A DNA stretch of 62,966 nucleotides, the filler included, from Octopus bimaculoides (Eukaryota), in the NCBI RefSeq assembly GCF_001194135.2. It is 7 parts of 5 records of this genome, joined end to end, with 100 filler letters (N's around TTAATTAATTAA, not from the genome) between each part and the next. Parts side by side here need not be neighbours in the genome. Positions count along the whole stretch, not along the records: positions 24,660 to 48,084 come from NC_068989.1; 6 more parts are not named here. One strand, written 5' to 3'. Under the pieces are notes generated by a model. It made no database searches. It saw only the letters and a program-made list of their open reading frames with translations, and was not told the DNA's origin. The position numbers were made by a program, and so were the translations under genes. The first letter of the stretch is position 1. Every line of letters starts with the position of its first letter. Below are positions 26,276 through 40,005 of the stretch, piece by piece.

Positions 26276-27252
26276 TAGTGCTTAAATGTTTCCACTTCGA
26301 ATCTATTTGAATTTTATCTTTTTTACTTTCTCTCCTAACTCAATGAAATATAGAGCCTTACATAGTACACGCTTTTCATTTTCTCTTTCCTTCTTCGCTC
26401 CGCATACATCTCTCTTTCCTATATTTTCTCCTTTTCACATTATTCTCAACATGTCAATCACTTCAAAATCTGTTTCTCTTCTTCAACTTCCTGACTTTTC
26501 CGATGTCTTGTAATGCTTTTCTTCACCACCCTCTTCTCTCTTTTCCTTGTAGTATTTTACACGCACGCACTTATTCCAAATCTGTCTGTGTGTATACACA
26601 GACAGGAGCACACAAATACACACACATACACACATATGTATGTATAAATGCATAATTGGGTACACACACACGCACACATACATACATACATACATACATA
26701 CATACTTGCATGCATGAACGAACAAACGAATGAATGAATCAGATACTGTGTTCCAGAATGGTGTTGTCTGAGACAGTTAAAGCAAGTTAAATAACGAAAT
26801 AACGAAAGAAAAGAAAATCAAATCAAATGAATGTGTAGAAGCTGCCAGCGAAATGATGATAGCGTCAGGTTGCACAAACGATAGCAGAAGGGCTTTAATA
26901 CCAGCCCAGCAGCATTTAACTGAAGACAGCGTCCAGTTAAATATAACATTGAAAGCAACAAAACCAAACAATCAAAGCTGAGGAGAGCAACATTTAATGA
27001 GTCAAAAAGGACTCGACTCTTCGGTATTCGGTGTGTGAGCCATTGTCAGACATAGGACAAGTTTTCCAACGTCGGGTTTACTTTACTTTGGCAACTGATT
27101 AGAATTGGAGTGTTTTTCGGTCTTGAAGAAGGAAACTAATTTTGGATTTATTAAATATATGAAGTCACCATTTTAAACCATATTATATATGTGGGGCCAC
27201 CAGTTTTATGTAGAATCATCAGTTCTATGTGGAATCATCAGTTTTAACTATA

Positions 27253-28500
27253 CAGGAACTCTCCGCGTTACGAAAATGTTTATGAAAATTTATCATAATG
27301 CGAAATTAATCTTTCCATTGATTTTCATGCTATAAGTTGATAATGTGTTTCGACGGATTGTTTCGAAAAACAGCAACATCAAAAAAAAAAAATACAAAAC
27401 AAAAACACGACCACTTTAATGCGTGAAAATAGCATACATATTACAATATGTATACATAAAACAGAGGAAATACAATAGAGAATAAATAAGAATTGGAATC
27501 TCATAATAGCGTCTGCTCTTATCCCAAAACATGCTGACTACTGTGTAAAGAGTGTCGTTAGTGAAATAGCAGATATTGGAAGAATAGTTCATTGTCATCA
27601 TTATCTAGCAGAAGGACGAAGAACTTATCCAAAATTGTTTGCTGCTTGTGACGTGTCATCATTTGGAACAGTTTAGGAACTGAGCTCATTGTAAAGCCCT
27701 CTTGTAAGTTTCTTGTAACACCCATGATTGGGGTTATCAGCAAAAACTTGTAGACCTCCCAGTAAAAGTTCCAACCTTTTAGCAATATTGTAAGCAGCGA
27801 ATTTATATGGAGCAGGTGGAATTTTTGTATTTTCCGTTTGCTCTTGTTTCAACAACACCAGCTTCTTGTTAGATAGAGATTTTCTATGGGTCACTAGCAA
27901 CTCAACTGCATCATCTTCTATGGTTTCAAATCTGACACCATTTGCAAATATCACGATAATTTTTCCGAATTTGATGTAGACTTTCTTCCTGTGAAAACTT
28001 GTAAATAGTCTAGAAACAGTTTTACGATGTATTTTTACAAGCAAAATTCAAAGATGCTGGATTTCATTTCATCTTAAGACTTAGTTATGTTATCCATAGC
28101 ATCCATTATGTTGAACTTCTTGTAGAGGTCTCTAATTAGAGGTTTGTCCTTCCTGCCAATTTCTTTCATAACTTGTTTGAAAGTTCTCAGATGATATGCT
28201 TTGAAGATAGCTAATACATCTTGATCTATTGGCTGGAGCAAAGAGGTTTTAATTCATTTTAATTCACTGGGTGCCTTGGTGCATTGTTTAAAAAGAGCAA
28301 TACTTTGTTGGAAATATTATGTCTGGCACTCTTCGAAAAGGCTCTTAGTAATTAATGCATTCTTTTTTGAGCGCCAAATCAGAAGTAACCTTTGAAAGCT
28401 CTTGGACTTTCGAAGTGATACACCGTAGAAGTTTTAATTTCACATCACCAGTCGCGTTTCTTCCCAAAAGAAACATCAAGCTCTGTAAGGGTGAATATGT
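27253..28500 (-). mobile_element. Tigger/pogo-like DNA transposon remnant (DDE_1 transposase)
   Basis: Minus strand GRNATGDVKLK, KVLLFLNNAPRHP, SLLQPIDQDVLAIFKAYHLR, FETIEDDAVELLVTH; TA|CAGGAACTCTCCGCGTTACG terminus at 27251-27253. Confidence 0.8.
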
Positions 28501-28989
28501 TGTCTATTGGACTGTAGTTCTTCCGAAAACTTCTTATTCCCTCAGCTGGTGATTGTCGAAATGTTTCGATAGCCTGGCTACTATATTTGTAAACAGCTTG
28601 TAGTGGTGAGACAAGGAAATTTAAAATCTTTGTTGAGAAGTTATTATCAATTAAGACACCGAGAAATTACAAAAATCTATCCTATAAATTTATTGTGTTG
28701 CAAACCTGGAATTAAATTAATTTTAAAAAATTAAATATTCAGAAAATTTTCGGATTTACTCTTCTTCGTTGTGACACAAAAGTACCATTGTTCCATGACG
28801 TTGCCCTTCTAAACGTGACATATGATATCCCGTACATCTTTCGGGCGCCTCTCAGTTTTCACCTTTAGGAACTTATTGAAGATGCACTTGTCTGCAACAT
28901 TCCTCTAGTCCTCTAATCAATTTGCACATTCAGTTTTATTCATATTCATAATTTTTCAAACTTTAACAAAAAATATATCATAGGTTATC

Positions 28990-30534
28990 ATGGATAATAA
29001 ATAACGTAAAGATTTTGAACTTCTGACCGAAAATATCCTCGTCATAGATATGACTTGGACCCTGCCAAGTGTATGAATGCAAAGTTTCGGCTCCGTCCAA
29101 CAACAAAAGCCTCTTGCATTGATTGTGGAATTCTCTTTCATTGAGACATCGAAGTTATTTCCAAAACTCGTGTCCCCAGTCTATCATGGTAATCCTTCAA
29201 CAGGAGGGTACTTTGGCAGAAAAAAAAAACCTTCCGTAAAGTATTTCAGCCATATCAAAGGAAAAGCACGAAGTATGGTATACAAGAATGTTTGAAGGCA
29301 TGTCCGAAGTGTTTCGTCAGTAAACACAAAGTCATCGAAGAAGATCCCTCTCTCAACCCCATATGTATACCTGTCAAAATCTAGTGTCTGCTTGAGATTG
29401 ACATTATCGGACCTCTTCAGGAAACTACAGATGGTAACAAGTATATCGTCGCCATAACAGATTATTTCTTTAAGTGGTTTAAAGCCACAGCTGCCTTCGA
29501 TTGCATGGATCAAAGTCGAGAATTATTTAAAAAATTTGATATACTTATGAACTGTTTCCAAACAGATCACTGTGTAGCCTCAGCATATCACACTCTTACA
29601 AACATAATGGTGCAGCACCACTTCCAAATTAAGCCATCTCTGATATTTGGTCGATACTTCACACCATTCGTAAAGACTGCGCTTATGCTGTTTCTTGCAA
29701 CATTGCTTGTGCACAGACTTGTCAGAAGAACTGTGATCAACGTTACGAAAGCAACAAAAAGATTATCACAGAATCCATAGTCAACATCAAAAATGCCGAT
29801 GTCTCCACAGGATGAGATCCAGCCTGGAACGTTGCTGAACTAGATCATATACTGTTGTCCGGGTTCCTCAGCAAAGGCCGCGTCAAACTAAAAAACGTAA
29901 AAACTAACTTGTAACAACTAACGCCTACTACGCTAGCAACCTCGACAACACCATATCAACATCAGATGTTCCATATAACATTGGGTACTCAATCATTCCT
30001 GACCACCCGTTTAACTACATAGAGGACAAACCCTAACAATCTAAGAGACCAAGGAGGGGGCAAAATGAGACCAGTGATATAACGAAATAAGTCGGCAAGA
30101 AACCCAAATCCACGAAAATGTTCAAATCAGTTTCCAGTATTGCTCGAAAGCACCTCGCAAGTAGTGCTAACTCTCACATCAACAAAATCAGTATACTTTG
30201 GTCAATCCTCTGAACTATCACTGTCGTGACGAACGTACAAGACCAAAGGTGATAATAACTGCTAGTTCTGAATTATATACTCACAGGATTAGCCATGACA
30301 TCATTCAAGACAGTGGCATGCTGTACATGAATATTGATATCACCATGAAGCTCCAACACTATCTAAACCAGAATGTAAATGACGATGTGACTACTTATGG
30401 AATTTTACTGGATGGAGTATGGGTGACTCATACCGAAAGCATGGTCACAGCCAGTTTGATATGATAAAATGTTAGATCACGCATTATATCTTAAGAATGT
30501 GTCTGAACACTTCATTGTTGTAACCAGTGTTTAG
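28990..30534 (+). mobile_element. Decayed Ginger/GIN-like integrase element with C-terminal OTU protease domain
   Basis: YHGNPSTGGYFG + CPKC zinc finger; DIIGPLQETTDGNKYIVAITDYFFKW; DQSRE...SAYH; YTVVRV..KGRVKL (GPY/F-like); OTU motifs GDNNC*F* (30248-30271), DGVWVTHTE, YLKNVSEHFIVV* (stop 30532-30534); no RT or gag seen upstream. Confidence 0.7.
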
Positions 30535-30946
30535 ATACATGTTTTATTAGTTCATGCTCACCAGCTACAGTATAACAAATCATCCATACAGAGTGTGTTA
30601 ACAGCAGATGAACCGCCTGGCAAGTGGAAAGCGTCCCTACCACAAGAATCGAAATAATAGGCGTTCCTATCAAGTCAGGCAAAAACTCGGACAAGGCACA
30701 ACAGCCAAGCGGAAATAATATAATGGTAGCATTTTATGAATTCACCGACTCTACTCAATCTTCCAAGAATAGCTTCCTCTCAGCTCATTTCAGGTCATTC
30801 TGCAGAAAACCTCATCTCATTACCTATCCAACTAGAGGTCTAGAAAAAAGAACACCAAACGGCTTCACTATTTCCGTACTCTGCAACGCTGTTCATAGGC
30901 ATGGACTTGCCTCTCCGAGTTCCGAGTTGCAAGCCCACCGACTTAC

Positions 30947-31195
30947 CGCGTTAATCTTCGCTTCTGTCGCCACCTCATATTCCTTTTCAACGAAGCTGAC
31001 CATTTTGATTTCCGTAGTTTCCGACATTACTACTGTGACAGCGGCCGCATTCACTGACACTACTCTCCTATTCTTTTGTTTGAACGGGATGAACTTCAAA
31101 TATCTCCAGTTTCTGTAGTACACACAATAGAAATGAGTGAGGATACCATTGTCAAATCGAGTGTTTGATTCGAAACGGTTCTGAGAGACGACCAT
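30947..31195 (-). other. Candidate exon in a unique, CpG-richer island
   Basis: Open frame ...MSETTEIKMVSFVEKEYEVATEAKINA ending at GCG|GTAAGT; ETS motif ACCGGAAGTG at 31295-31304; product not recognised. Confidence 0.2.
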
Positions 31196-32271
31196 TTAGT
31201 CTGACCACCGAGAAGATGCAGCTATATATATTGAAGCGATTCAGCCTCTGAAAGCAAGGCTGAAACTGACTGCCTTGAATGTAGTGGAAGGAAGACCGGA
31301 AGTGGGGAGAGATGACTTCATGTCGGCGAATGAGAAGAAAAGTTTCCCTACTGCAGATGAAACACTAAAGTCTACAATTGTCTCCGGTCCACTGCTCGTC
31401 TCGAATAGTAGAACAAATTGCCACTGGAAAGCCGCACATATCTGAAATGAAGCAGAACGCACCTATCCAGTATGTCAAAGATCAAACTGTAGTTTTGTTT
31501 CCCCGTAGCACTCTGCTACCCGAGCCTACCGAACTGTTTTAATCTCTTTATCTCTAAGATCTAAGCAACGAAGTTGCATTGTCAGCTCTGCATAGCCCCC
31601 CAGTAGAAATTGAGGACATGCTACACCACCCTGTTTGGATCCCGATCGGGTCTAGATGACTTGATACGGTTACTTCTTTTTCAAACTGACACATTTATAA
31701 AAGAAAAAATCCAATTGATATCTGTCAGATATTGGAAATATCTGAGTAGATCTGCGAAGCCTTTTACACCCACTGTCCCACAGGCCAACTTCAAACTATC
31801 TCAGCGTGTAGCAAAAATACTAATTTTGCAGTCTCTCACTCGCGCCTTGGAGAGAAACGGCCGAAGAACTTTTGCTGCTCTGCTTTTGTTAGAGCATTAA
31901 TCTGAAGTCTTTGCTGCTGCTCACATCTAGCACTATCGACTTACAGTCCGGATCCAGGAAGAGCGTCTGTGCCTCGAAATCCAAACTTTTTCAAAAAAAA
32001 AAAAAGAATAAGAAAAGAAAAGAAACACGATGTTACCTCGCCTCCCAATCCAGACCGACAAGAAGATGCGTACGTCTTGTAATCGTCGAAGATGGAGGTG
32101 AAGGTATGTGTCCCAGAAAGTTTTGTCTAGTGACCTGAAGTCGTTGTGTAAGTGAGTTTGCTTCTAAGATGACCTTAGGCCACAACTATTTATAATTTCT
32201 ACTCTGACATCAACCGTATAAGTGATGAGAGTGGAAACTTGTGGAAACATGAATATTCCAGTCTCGAAATA

Positions 32272-33505
32272 TTGGGCTGTCCGGAAAGTTCGTGCCGATT
32301 TATAGTAGCTTACCTTTTGACTTATTTTAGAACATGATTGAGTCCATAAAATAGAATTTGACTACACCTCCATTTAGAGCACAGTTTAAGCTGTCTTTTC
32401 GTGGAAGAACGTTTATGTTCCTATAACTTGTGTTAATTCTGCAACCCTTTAACATGGAAGATAAGAAAGTTCATTTTCGGTACTTGATGCTTTTCTTTTT
32501 CCGTAAAGGGAAAAATGCCTCACAAGCAACTAAAGAAATATGTGCAGTTTACGGTGATGTTTCTTTATCCGAAAGAACTGTACGGAAGTGGTTCGCAAGG
32601 TTCCGAGCTGGAGACTGTAGCCATATTGATAAAGAGCGATCAGACAGATCATCCACTACAGATGATGACCAAATCAAGTCATTAATTGAGAATAACCCAC
32701 ATTGTACAACCTGAGAATTGGCAGAAAGTCTCAACCTATCAAAATTCGTCGTTCATGAGCACCTGGTGAAGCTTGGGTACACAAATCGCTACGATCTTTG
32801 GGTACCACATGAGTTGAGTGAGAAGAACCTTTTGGATCGCTTTTCCATCTGTGATTCGCTTTATAAACGGAATGAAAACGCGCCTTTTATAAAGCAAATT
32901 ATGACAGGTGATGAGAAATGGATTATCTACCGAAATATTCAGAGAAAGCGATCCTGGAGTAAGCGACATGAGCCACCCTTAACCACCCCAAAAGCGGGTC
33001 TTCACCCTAAAAAAGTTTTGCTTTGTGTCTGGTGGGATTGGAAAGGAATTCTGTACTATGAGCTTCTCCCAAGTAACCAGACAATTAATTCTGAGAAATA
33101 CTATACACAACTGGACGAGTTAAAAGCAGCAATTCAAGAGAAACGTCCCGAATTGGCCAAGAGGAAGGGTGTTGTTTTCCAATATGATAATGCAAGACCG
33201 CACATTTCTTTGGGAACCAGACAAAAATTGCTGCAGCTCGACTGGGATGTGCTACCCCACCCTCCATATTCACCAGATATTGCTCCTTTGGATTTCCACT
33301 TATTCAGGTCTCTGCAGAATAGTCTTAATGGTAAAAATTTAAATTCCTTGGATGACATAAAAAGATACCTTGATGAATTCTTTGCAATGAAATCACCTTA
33401 ATTCTGGGAAGAGGGTATTTTCAAGTTAAAGGTAAGATGGAGACGCATTGTGCAACAAAATGGTTCATATTTGGTTGATTAAAAATGTAATGGCAGGTAT
33501 TTATT
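32272..33505 (+). mobile_element. Mariner transposon (mellifera-subfamily-like), near full length; transposase 32454-33482 with two in-frame stops
   Basis: TA|TTGGGCTGTCCGGAAAG terminus; WVPHEL, TGDEKW, YDNARPH, YSPDIAPLDFHLF (D,D34D); stops at 32712 and 33399, no frameshift; right TIR lost in N gap. Confidence 0.92.
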
Positions 33506-33741
33506 NNNNNNNNNNNNNNNNNNNNNNNNNNNNNNNNNNNNNNNNNNNNNNNNNNNNNNNNNNNNNNNNNNNNNNNNNNNNNNNNNNNNNNNNNNNNNNN
33601 NNNNNNNNNNNNNNNNNNNNNNNNNNNNNNNNNNNNNNNNNNNNNNNNNNNNNNNNNNNNNNNNNNNNNNNNNNNNNNNNNNNNNNNNNNNNNNNNNNNN
33701 NNNNNNNNNNNNNNNNNNNNNNNNNNNNNNNNNNNNNNNNN

Positions 33742-33803
<62 letters not shown>

Positions 33804-34020
33804 TGTGTGCTCGCGTGCGTGTATGTGTATATACTTCTAATTCTTTATACATCCTTCCATATTGTTTACCGTCTGTTAAATCATTCTTTTTGCAATTGTC
33901 ATCGTATCTTCACACTATGTTTCCTTTTCTTTGTTTCCTTTGTAACCCTTAGTGAAAGTTCTTTTCACTGTTTTTTTTCTTTTTTGTATCGCTTCGAGCC
34001 CTTGCAGATAATAGTGAAAA

Positions 34021-35935
34021 GATTATTATTATTATTTTTACTATTTCTTTTTATCACAGGTTTTGTAGAAACCCTGGCCGTGCCAAGGAGGCAAACCTTT
34101 TGCAACAGTTCTACTAGGCACTCTATTCCAATTTCCTTTATATTCCTCTCGATACCTTCTGATACTGTTCCCAAGGACCCGACAATAATTATCACTATCT
34201 TAACCTTCTTCATTTTCTATAGCCGGGCTATTTCGTACTTAAGAGGGTTGTATTTGTCTATTTTTCGTCTTCCTTCTTGACTATTCGTGGGTGAAAGGGG
34301 CACGCAGCATCAACTATTTAGCACATGTGGTGCATCTTGTCGACCACCACTGGGTCCCGTCTGTTATGATCTAGCACCTGATCTGTTTGGACTGGGAAAT
34401 CCCAGAGGATTTTGCTAGTCTCCGACTCCGTCACTCTCTGCGGTTTGTGCTCATACCATGTCCTGCATCTCTCTAGCCCCCACTTTTCGCAGCTTCCAGT
34501 GTAACACTTTCGCTACCTGGTCGTGTCGCCACAACTTGTAGTGATTTGGGGCAAGTCTAGGGCATTCGTTCGTGATATGGGCAATGGTTTCATCCACTCT
34601 ATTGCAGATGCGATACAGTGGAGACACTCATTTCTAAGGTTGACCCTCCAGTTCGTGGCCAAAGCTTGGCCTTGCGCTGCCAATATAGTGCTCTCGGTCT
34701 CCTTTTTTAGTGTTCCTTACTTCATCTAATCCCACCTACATTTTCCAGCAACTTCAGTTGTAGCTACATGGAATTTATTGTGTAGTCCCTTGTTGCATAA
34801 TTCTTCTTCGTGTCTTTTTTGTACTTCTTCTTTTGATTTTCCTTTTTCTCTGCTTTTATTCCCAACTGACACTAGCAAGATTTCCTTACTTTGGACTAGG
34901 TATTTCATTAAGCTCTCGAGTTCGATACGTACGCAGTCTTCCACACTTATCAGTCCTCTTCCTCCATTTGCTCCCTTCATGTATAGGCGATCAGTGTCTG
35001 CACGTTAATGATGGGATCTATGCATCATTAGGAGCCTGCTTTTCTATTTCCTTTAGTTCCTCCTCTGTCCACTTCAGGATTCCAGCGCCACACCGAGCTA
35101 CTGCGACTGCGCGCGAGTTTATTGCAGAAATTGTTTTTGACATTCAGCATTGAAGCCACTATTTTTCTCACTCGCCGCAAGTACTCGCACTCTTTGTCTT
35201 TTCTCTCATATCATTGAGTTTAATTCCATCTGCCTCAAGTATTCCTAGGTATTTATAGCTGGATTGAGGTTGAATTGCCTTCATCATTTTACCACTTGGC
35301 ATCTGTATGCTTTCTGTCAGAACAAGCTTTCCTCGTCTCATCACCATCGTAGCACATTTTGCGAGCCCAGACTCCATCTTAACATCATTCGAGAAAATCC
35401 GTAGTCTGGACTATGCTGTTCAGTTCTGCCTCACTTTTTGTGAATAATTTCAAGTCGTTCATGAATAGCAAGCGGTTCAGTTTTTCCCTTACCTCTTCCC
35501 AGATCATACCCCAACTTTGTTTTCTGTAGCATTTCACTCAAGCGAATCATTCCCAGCACAAAGATCAGTGGGGACACACTGTCCCCCTAGAAGATTCGTC
35601 TCTTGATTTTCACCGCTCCTAATACATGATTTCCTGCTGTCAATTCCGTTCTCCAACATTTCATACTGTTCCATATAAGACTTCTGATGTTTTCTGCTAC
35701 TGCATACATTTCCATTGTTCTTATTATCTAGGAGTGTGGTATCATATTGTATGTTTTGTGATAGTCAATCCATGCCATTCTCAGGTTTGTGTGTCTTCTC
35801 TTGCAATTCCTGATAATTAGATTATCAATTAAAAACGGATCCTTCGTTCCCCGGTTCCTCTTTTGGCACCCTTTCTGTTCAATAGGTAGCAGTTCACTTT
35901 TTTCTAAGTATCTATACAGTTCACCGGCCAAAGCA
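34021..35935 (-). mobile_element. R4/Dong-type LINE, 5'-truncated (RT, CCHC finger, RLE, (AAT)n tail)
   Basis: [71 protein letters not shown]; many frameshifts. Confidence 0.88.
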
Positions 35936-35944
35936 CCTTGGGAA

Positions 35945-38817
35945 CATTCTTGGGAACACCTCGCACTTTAGTACTAGTACTATTTTGGACGCGCGGAATG
36001 ACTGTATGGGTTTAGTACATAGTAGAAGGGGGTATAAAAGCCTCGAAAACCTGCTCAGGACTTTCTAACTTTCTGACGGTAACCGACTGGATTTCCCTGA
36101 TGTACCAGTTTAGACATAGAGCAACCACAGCAGGTCGTCCAGATCGTATTTAGAGTATTTGTTAGGTCAGAGGATAGGGACAGCATAGGTTGTCCACAAT
36201 TTAAATTGGTCGGCTACACAGATCACAAGTTTGTGATATGCAGAGTCGATTTAGGTAGGACCCGTAGACGGGGATCCGGTTACTGGAAGCTGAATGCGTC
36301 CTTACCTGCTCGCAAAGACTACAGGGGCTGGATTAGCGAACTAGTTAAGCGGTAGTTGATGGAGGCAATCGGTAGTTGATGGGAGCAATCCAGCCGGTGG
36401 TGGATCGCTCTGAAGAGAGCGATTAGAGTAGAATCGATAGCGCTTAGCAAAGATTTGGCAATGGAAAGAAATAGATCAGAGGGGAACTAGTTAGCAAACT
36501 AGGAGAGGCGTCGCGACCGACGTGTTAGCGGCAAGAATGGCCCTTAACCATTTCTTTGAGGCGAAACACGAAAGATATGTTGTCAGAGCTAAGGCCTGTG
36601 CGTTAAAACACGAAGGAACTAAAGCCGTCCGATGGGCCCGAACGGTAGAAACGCGACATGGAAAAAAACTACGATCAAGTATTTAACGGACCAGTACGGA
36701 TACATGCCACTCGGTTCTGAAGAGATATGTGCAGCTTTTTAGCAGCACTTTCCGCGGTTGTTTGGGAAGGGTGACGGGTCGATGACGGAAGCGGACTTTA
36801 CTTCGTACCTGGACGGCCTACCACGGCTCTCGGTAACGAACGCGAGATTCTGCGAAAAGCCTATTACAGCCACCGAAATACGGGAGGCTATGAGTGATTG
36901 CACAAGTCGCAAATCGCTCTGTTTGGATGGTCTATCCTACTAATTCTATGTATTCATGCCAGATTTGTTTGGCAGCCTCTTAGCAGATGTCTACAGTTAC
37001 TCGCAGTAGAACGGGAGAATTCCTCATGCTGTTAGCCGGGTTGTGATAACACTGCTGAGAAAAAACGCCGACAATGGGGACGTGCTAGGGAAGTTTTGGC
37101 CCATAACTCTACTAAACACAGAGTTTAAGATTTTGGCTAAGGTATTAGCGAAAAGGTTGACGCTTGTCATCGGTAGTCTGGTCGGGGAGGCACAAACGGG
37201 TGCAATCCCGAGCAGGTTTATTCACAACCTCCACCTTATACGGTACATCGTAGGGAGGGCTGGGACTAAAGCTAGCTTCGGTGGGGATCTGATCAGTTTA
37301 GATCAGTCGAAAGCTTTCAGTAGGGTCGACCATCGCTACTTGGAAGCGTCCTTAAAGCGGCCGGTTTCAGATCCGTTTTCAGAGGCTGGATTGCAGTAAT
37401 GCACAGTGGCACTTGCTCGGTGGTCAAAATAAATGGCCAACTGCTTAGTACCGCACGTTCGGTCCGTCAGGACTGCCTGCTATCACCTCTTCTGTATGTA
37501 CTAACTCTCGAACCACTGCTGCGGAAGTTGGAACTGTTAAGAGGCCTCTCTTTCGAAATTGGATTCAGGAGGGCAATGTTGGCGTACGTGAAGTGCAGAT
37601 GGTCGGCTACATTGTAAGGGAATATGAGTAAGTAACAGGGGCCAAAATCAGCACCAACAAGTTGGTGGGATTGCGACTGGGCACCTGGAGAGGCAGATCA
37701 ATACCGTCGGACGCTGGACTGACGGGCCAGTTAAACTGCTCGGGTCTGGTTTGGTCCCGACCTCCAGATGGATAAGAACTAGGAATTAGTGACGAACAGG
37801 GAGGCCTGTCTTACTCAGAGAGGAAGTTGTCCCTGAAAGGTCGGGCATAGGTGGTGAATGCCTACATCGCTTCTATCATTATTTATCGTCTGACCGTTGT
37901 GCCTTGCCTTAGTTACTACTTGATTAGACTGGAGCCTATCCTATTTATTTTCTTGTGGAAGGGACGCGTTCCAATGGTTAGGCGGTCAGTCTGCTGCCAA
38001 CTCACTCTGCGTGGCGGCTTGGGTATGCTATGGCTTTTAATGCGCAGACACACATTCAAATCGCGCCACCTGCAACGATTTCTAGAAGGTGAATGTTTCC
38101 GCAGCTCGTTTCCTTGACGAAGCCGCAGCACTGGGTAAAGGATAGGCCGAGACTGGGTGCCTGGCACTTAGAATGTCGTCAGGCGCTTACTGTCCTTTAC
38201 AAGTCGGGCAATACGATTGGTGGATGTTTCACTTTAGCTATATACACAGGATTAGTAGCGAAAAAGTGCGACGTCTTCGGGGAGACCCTAGGCATTGACG
38301 AAGACGAACTGACAAGTCTATTCCGGGGGACTTTCCGGTCGGGGACTATTATGGATAATTTCCAGATGTCTTTGGCTTGGTAGTCCTACCGGGGAACGCT
38401 ACCGGTTCGAAATAAACTCTACAGGCACGGATGTGCTGTCAGACGGGCTTGTCCAAAGTGCTCGCAGAGCGACGAAACCGTTTTGCATGGTCTCGTTCAG
38501 TGTCCGATAATTGCTGACTTTTGAAGTTATGTCGAACAGCTACAGCCGTATGTTGGACGGATCCGTCTGTCAGCCGAGTCCATAATGATGATTGTCCCGC
38601 CGCCCTCCTTTAATCGGATAGGCAAGGCAGTTTTTCTTTGTCTGGTGGCTGTGGCGAAAGAGGTTATCTAGTGGACGAGGCTGAAAGGAATGAGGACAGA
38701 AACACTCCTTTTTGGTAAAGCCCACATCGACCTTTTCAAGTGAAACTTGAAAGTGAAGGTGGAGAGGGAGGTGCTGTCCTCGAATGAATTTATCAAAATG
38801 TGGATGAAAGTTGTTAA
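35945..38817 (+). mobile_element. Tx1/L1-clade LINE ORF2 (APE remnant, RT, C-terminal region), 5' part
   Basis: TDHKFV...GYWKLNASL (end of APE); WPITLLNTEFKILAKVLAKRL, LDQSKAFSRVDH, VRQDCLLSPLLY (RT); interrupted by the Gypsy element. Confidence 0.88.
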
Positions 38818-39343
38818 TGTAGCGGTGTAGGTAGATAGATAGTTGAATAATCTCCTTTGCAAGAAAGATCAGGGAGTAATCTCCCTTCTCTTAGCTTCTC
38901 GAAGTATCGTTGTCACGAAACGTGATTCTTTAATTATTCAAGAAGCTTGGCGTTTCTCTTGGAAGTTTCTGGAATGTCTAGCGTTCCATTAATAAAAACA
39001 GCTTGCTAACCCAACTTTTTGCTTCTTAGTCGATTAGACTTAGAGCCATTCACATCGTTGCTATGTCCGTCTATTTCTGTACACTCCATAGCTGAGATAA
39101 CTAGAAGCCACCACTTCGCTGTTGTTCTACCTTTCCTATCTCTGAACTTTCTTGCATAGATTATTTCATTCAACTAGTTTCTACAATTTGATTCCATGTA
39201 TTACCATCGATAGAAGAATTAAATATATTTTTATCTAGTAAATGTATAGATCTTGAATTTATTCTTTTATCTCTGTATGAACTCTTGTAATAACATACAC
39301 GCAGTCACATCAACATCTTGTACTATTTATATATTTCACTACA
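38818..39343 (+). repeat. 5' LTR of Gypsy element
   Basis: Starts TGTAGCGG, ends CACTACA; direct repeat of 41718-42231; internal AATAAA. Confidence 0.88.
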
Positions 39344-39591
39344 TTAATTGGTGACCAACCGACATGGGGACCCTTTAGTTACCACCTGACATATCTAGTT
39401 ATATTCCACTACTTTCCATTCAGAATTTTCTTCAACTCAAGCGATGATATCTGCTATGAATCAGCTTGTATTACCAATTTTCACAGAAGACATCATTGTC
39501 TTGTTTGCCTAGTTGGAAGCATTTTCTCTGCAAGAAAGCACAATTCAGACCAATAGTAGCTCCATATTTCACTTAGCTCTATACCACCATC

Positions 39592-40005
39592 TGGGCCACG
39601 TTCGCCGTATGGAAGATGGTCGGATCCCAAAGGATGTCCTTTTCGGAGAGCTTGTCACAGGGCAGAGAAACATTGGCCTCTCGAAGCTGAGGTACAGAGA
39701 TGTGTGCAGGAGGGACATGAAGGCACTTGGCATCAACACCAATTCCTGGAAGGATCTCGCAGCCGGTCGAACCAGCTGGAGAGGCACACTTCACAGACAA
39801 CTGCAAACCGGCGAAGAGAATTTGAGGGTGGCAGCAGCTGAAAACCGAGCCCGCAGAAAAGAAATGATTGCCAACAGACCGGACTGAACGTATAGGTGTA
39901 ACCTCTGCAAACGAGACTGCCACTCTCGCATCAGTCTCTACAGCCACAGGAGGCGTTGCAAAAACTGCAAGACAACTCAACAGACGGACCGACGGAGGCC
40001 TAAGA
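39592..40005 (+). mobile_element. RTE-clade LINE 3' fragment inserted in Gypsy gag
   Basis: GHVRRMEDGRIPKDVLFGEL...LRYRDVCRRDMK plus CNLCKRDCHSRISLYSH finger; 11-bp TSD ATACCACCATC at 39581-39591 and 40006-40016. Confidence 0.9.
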
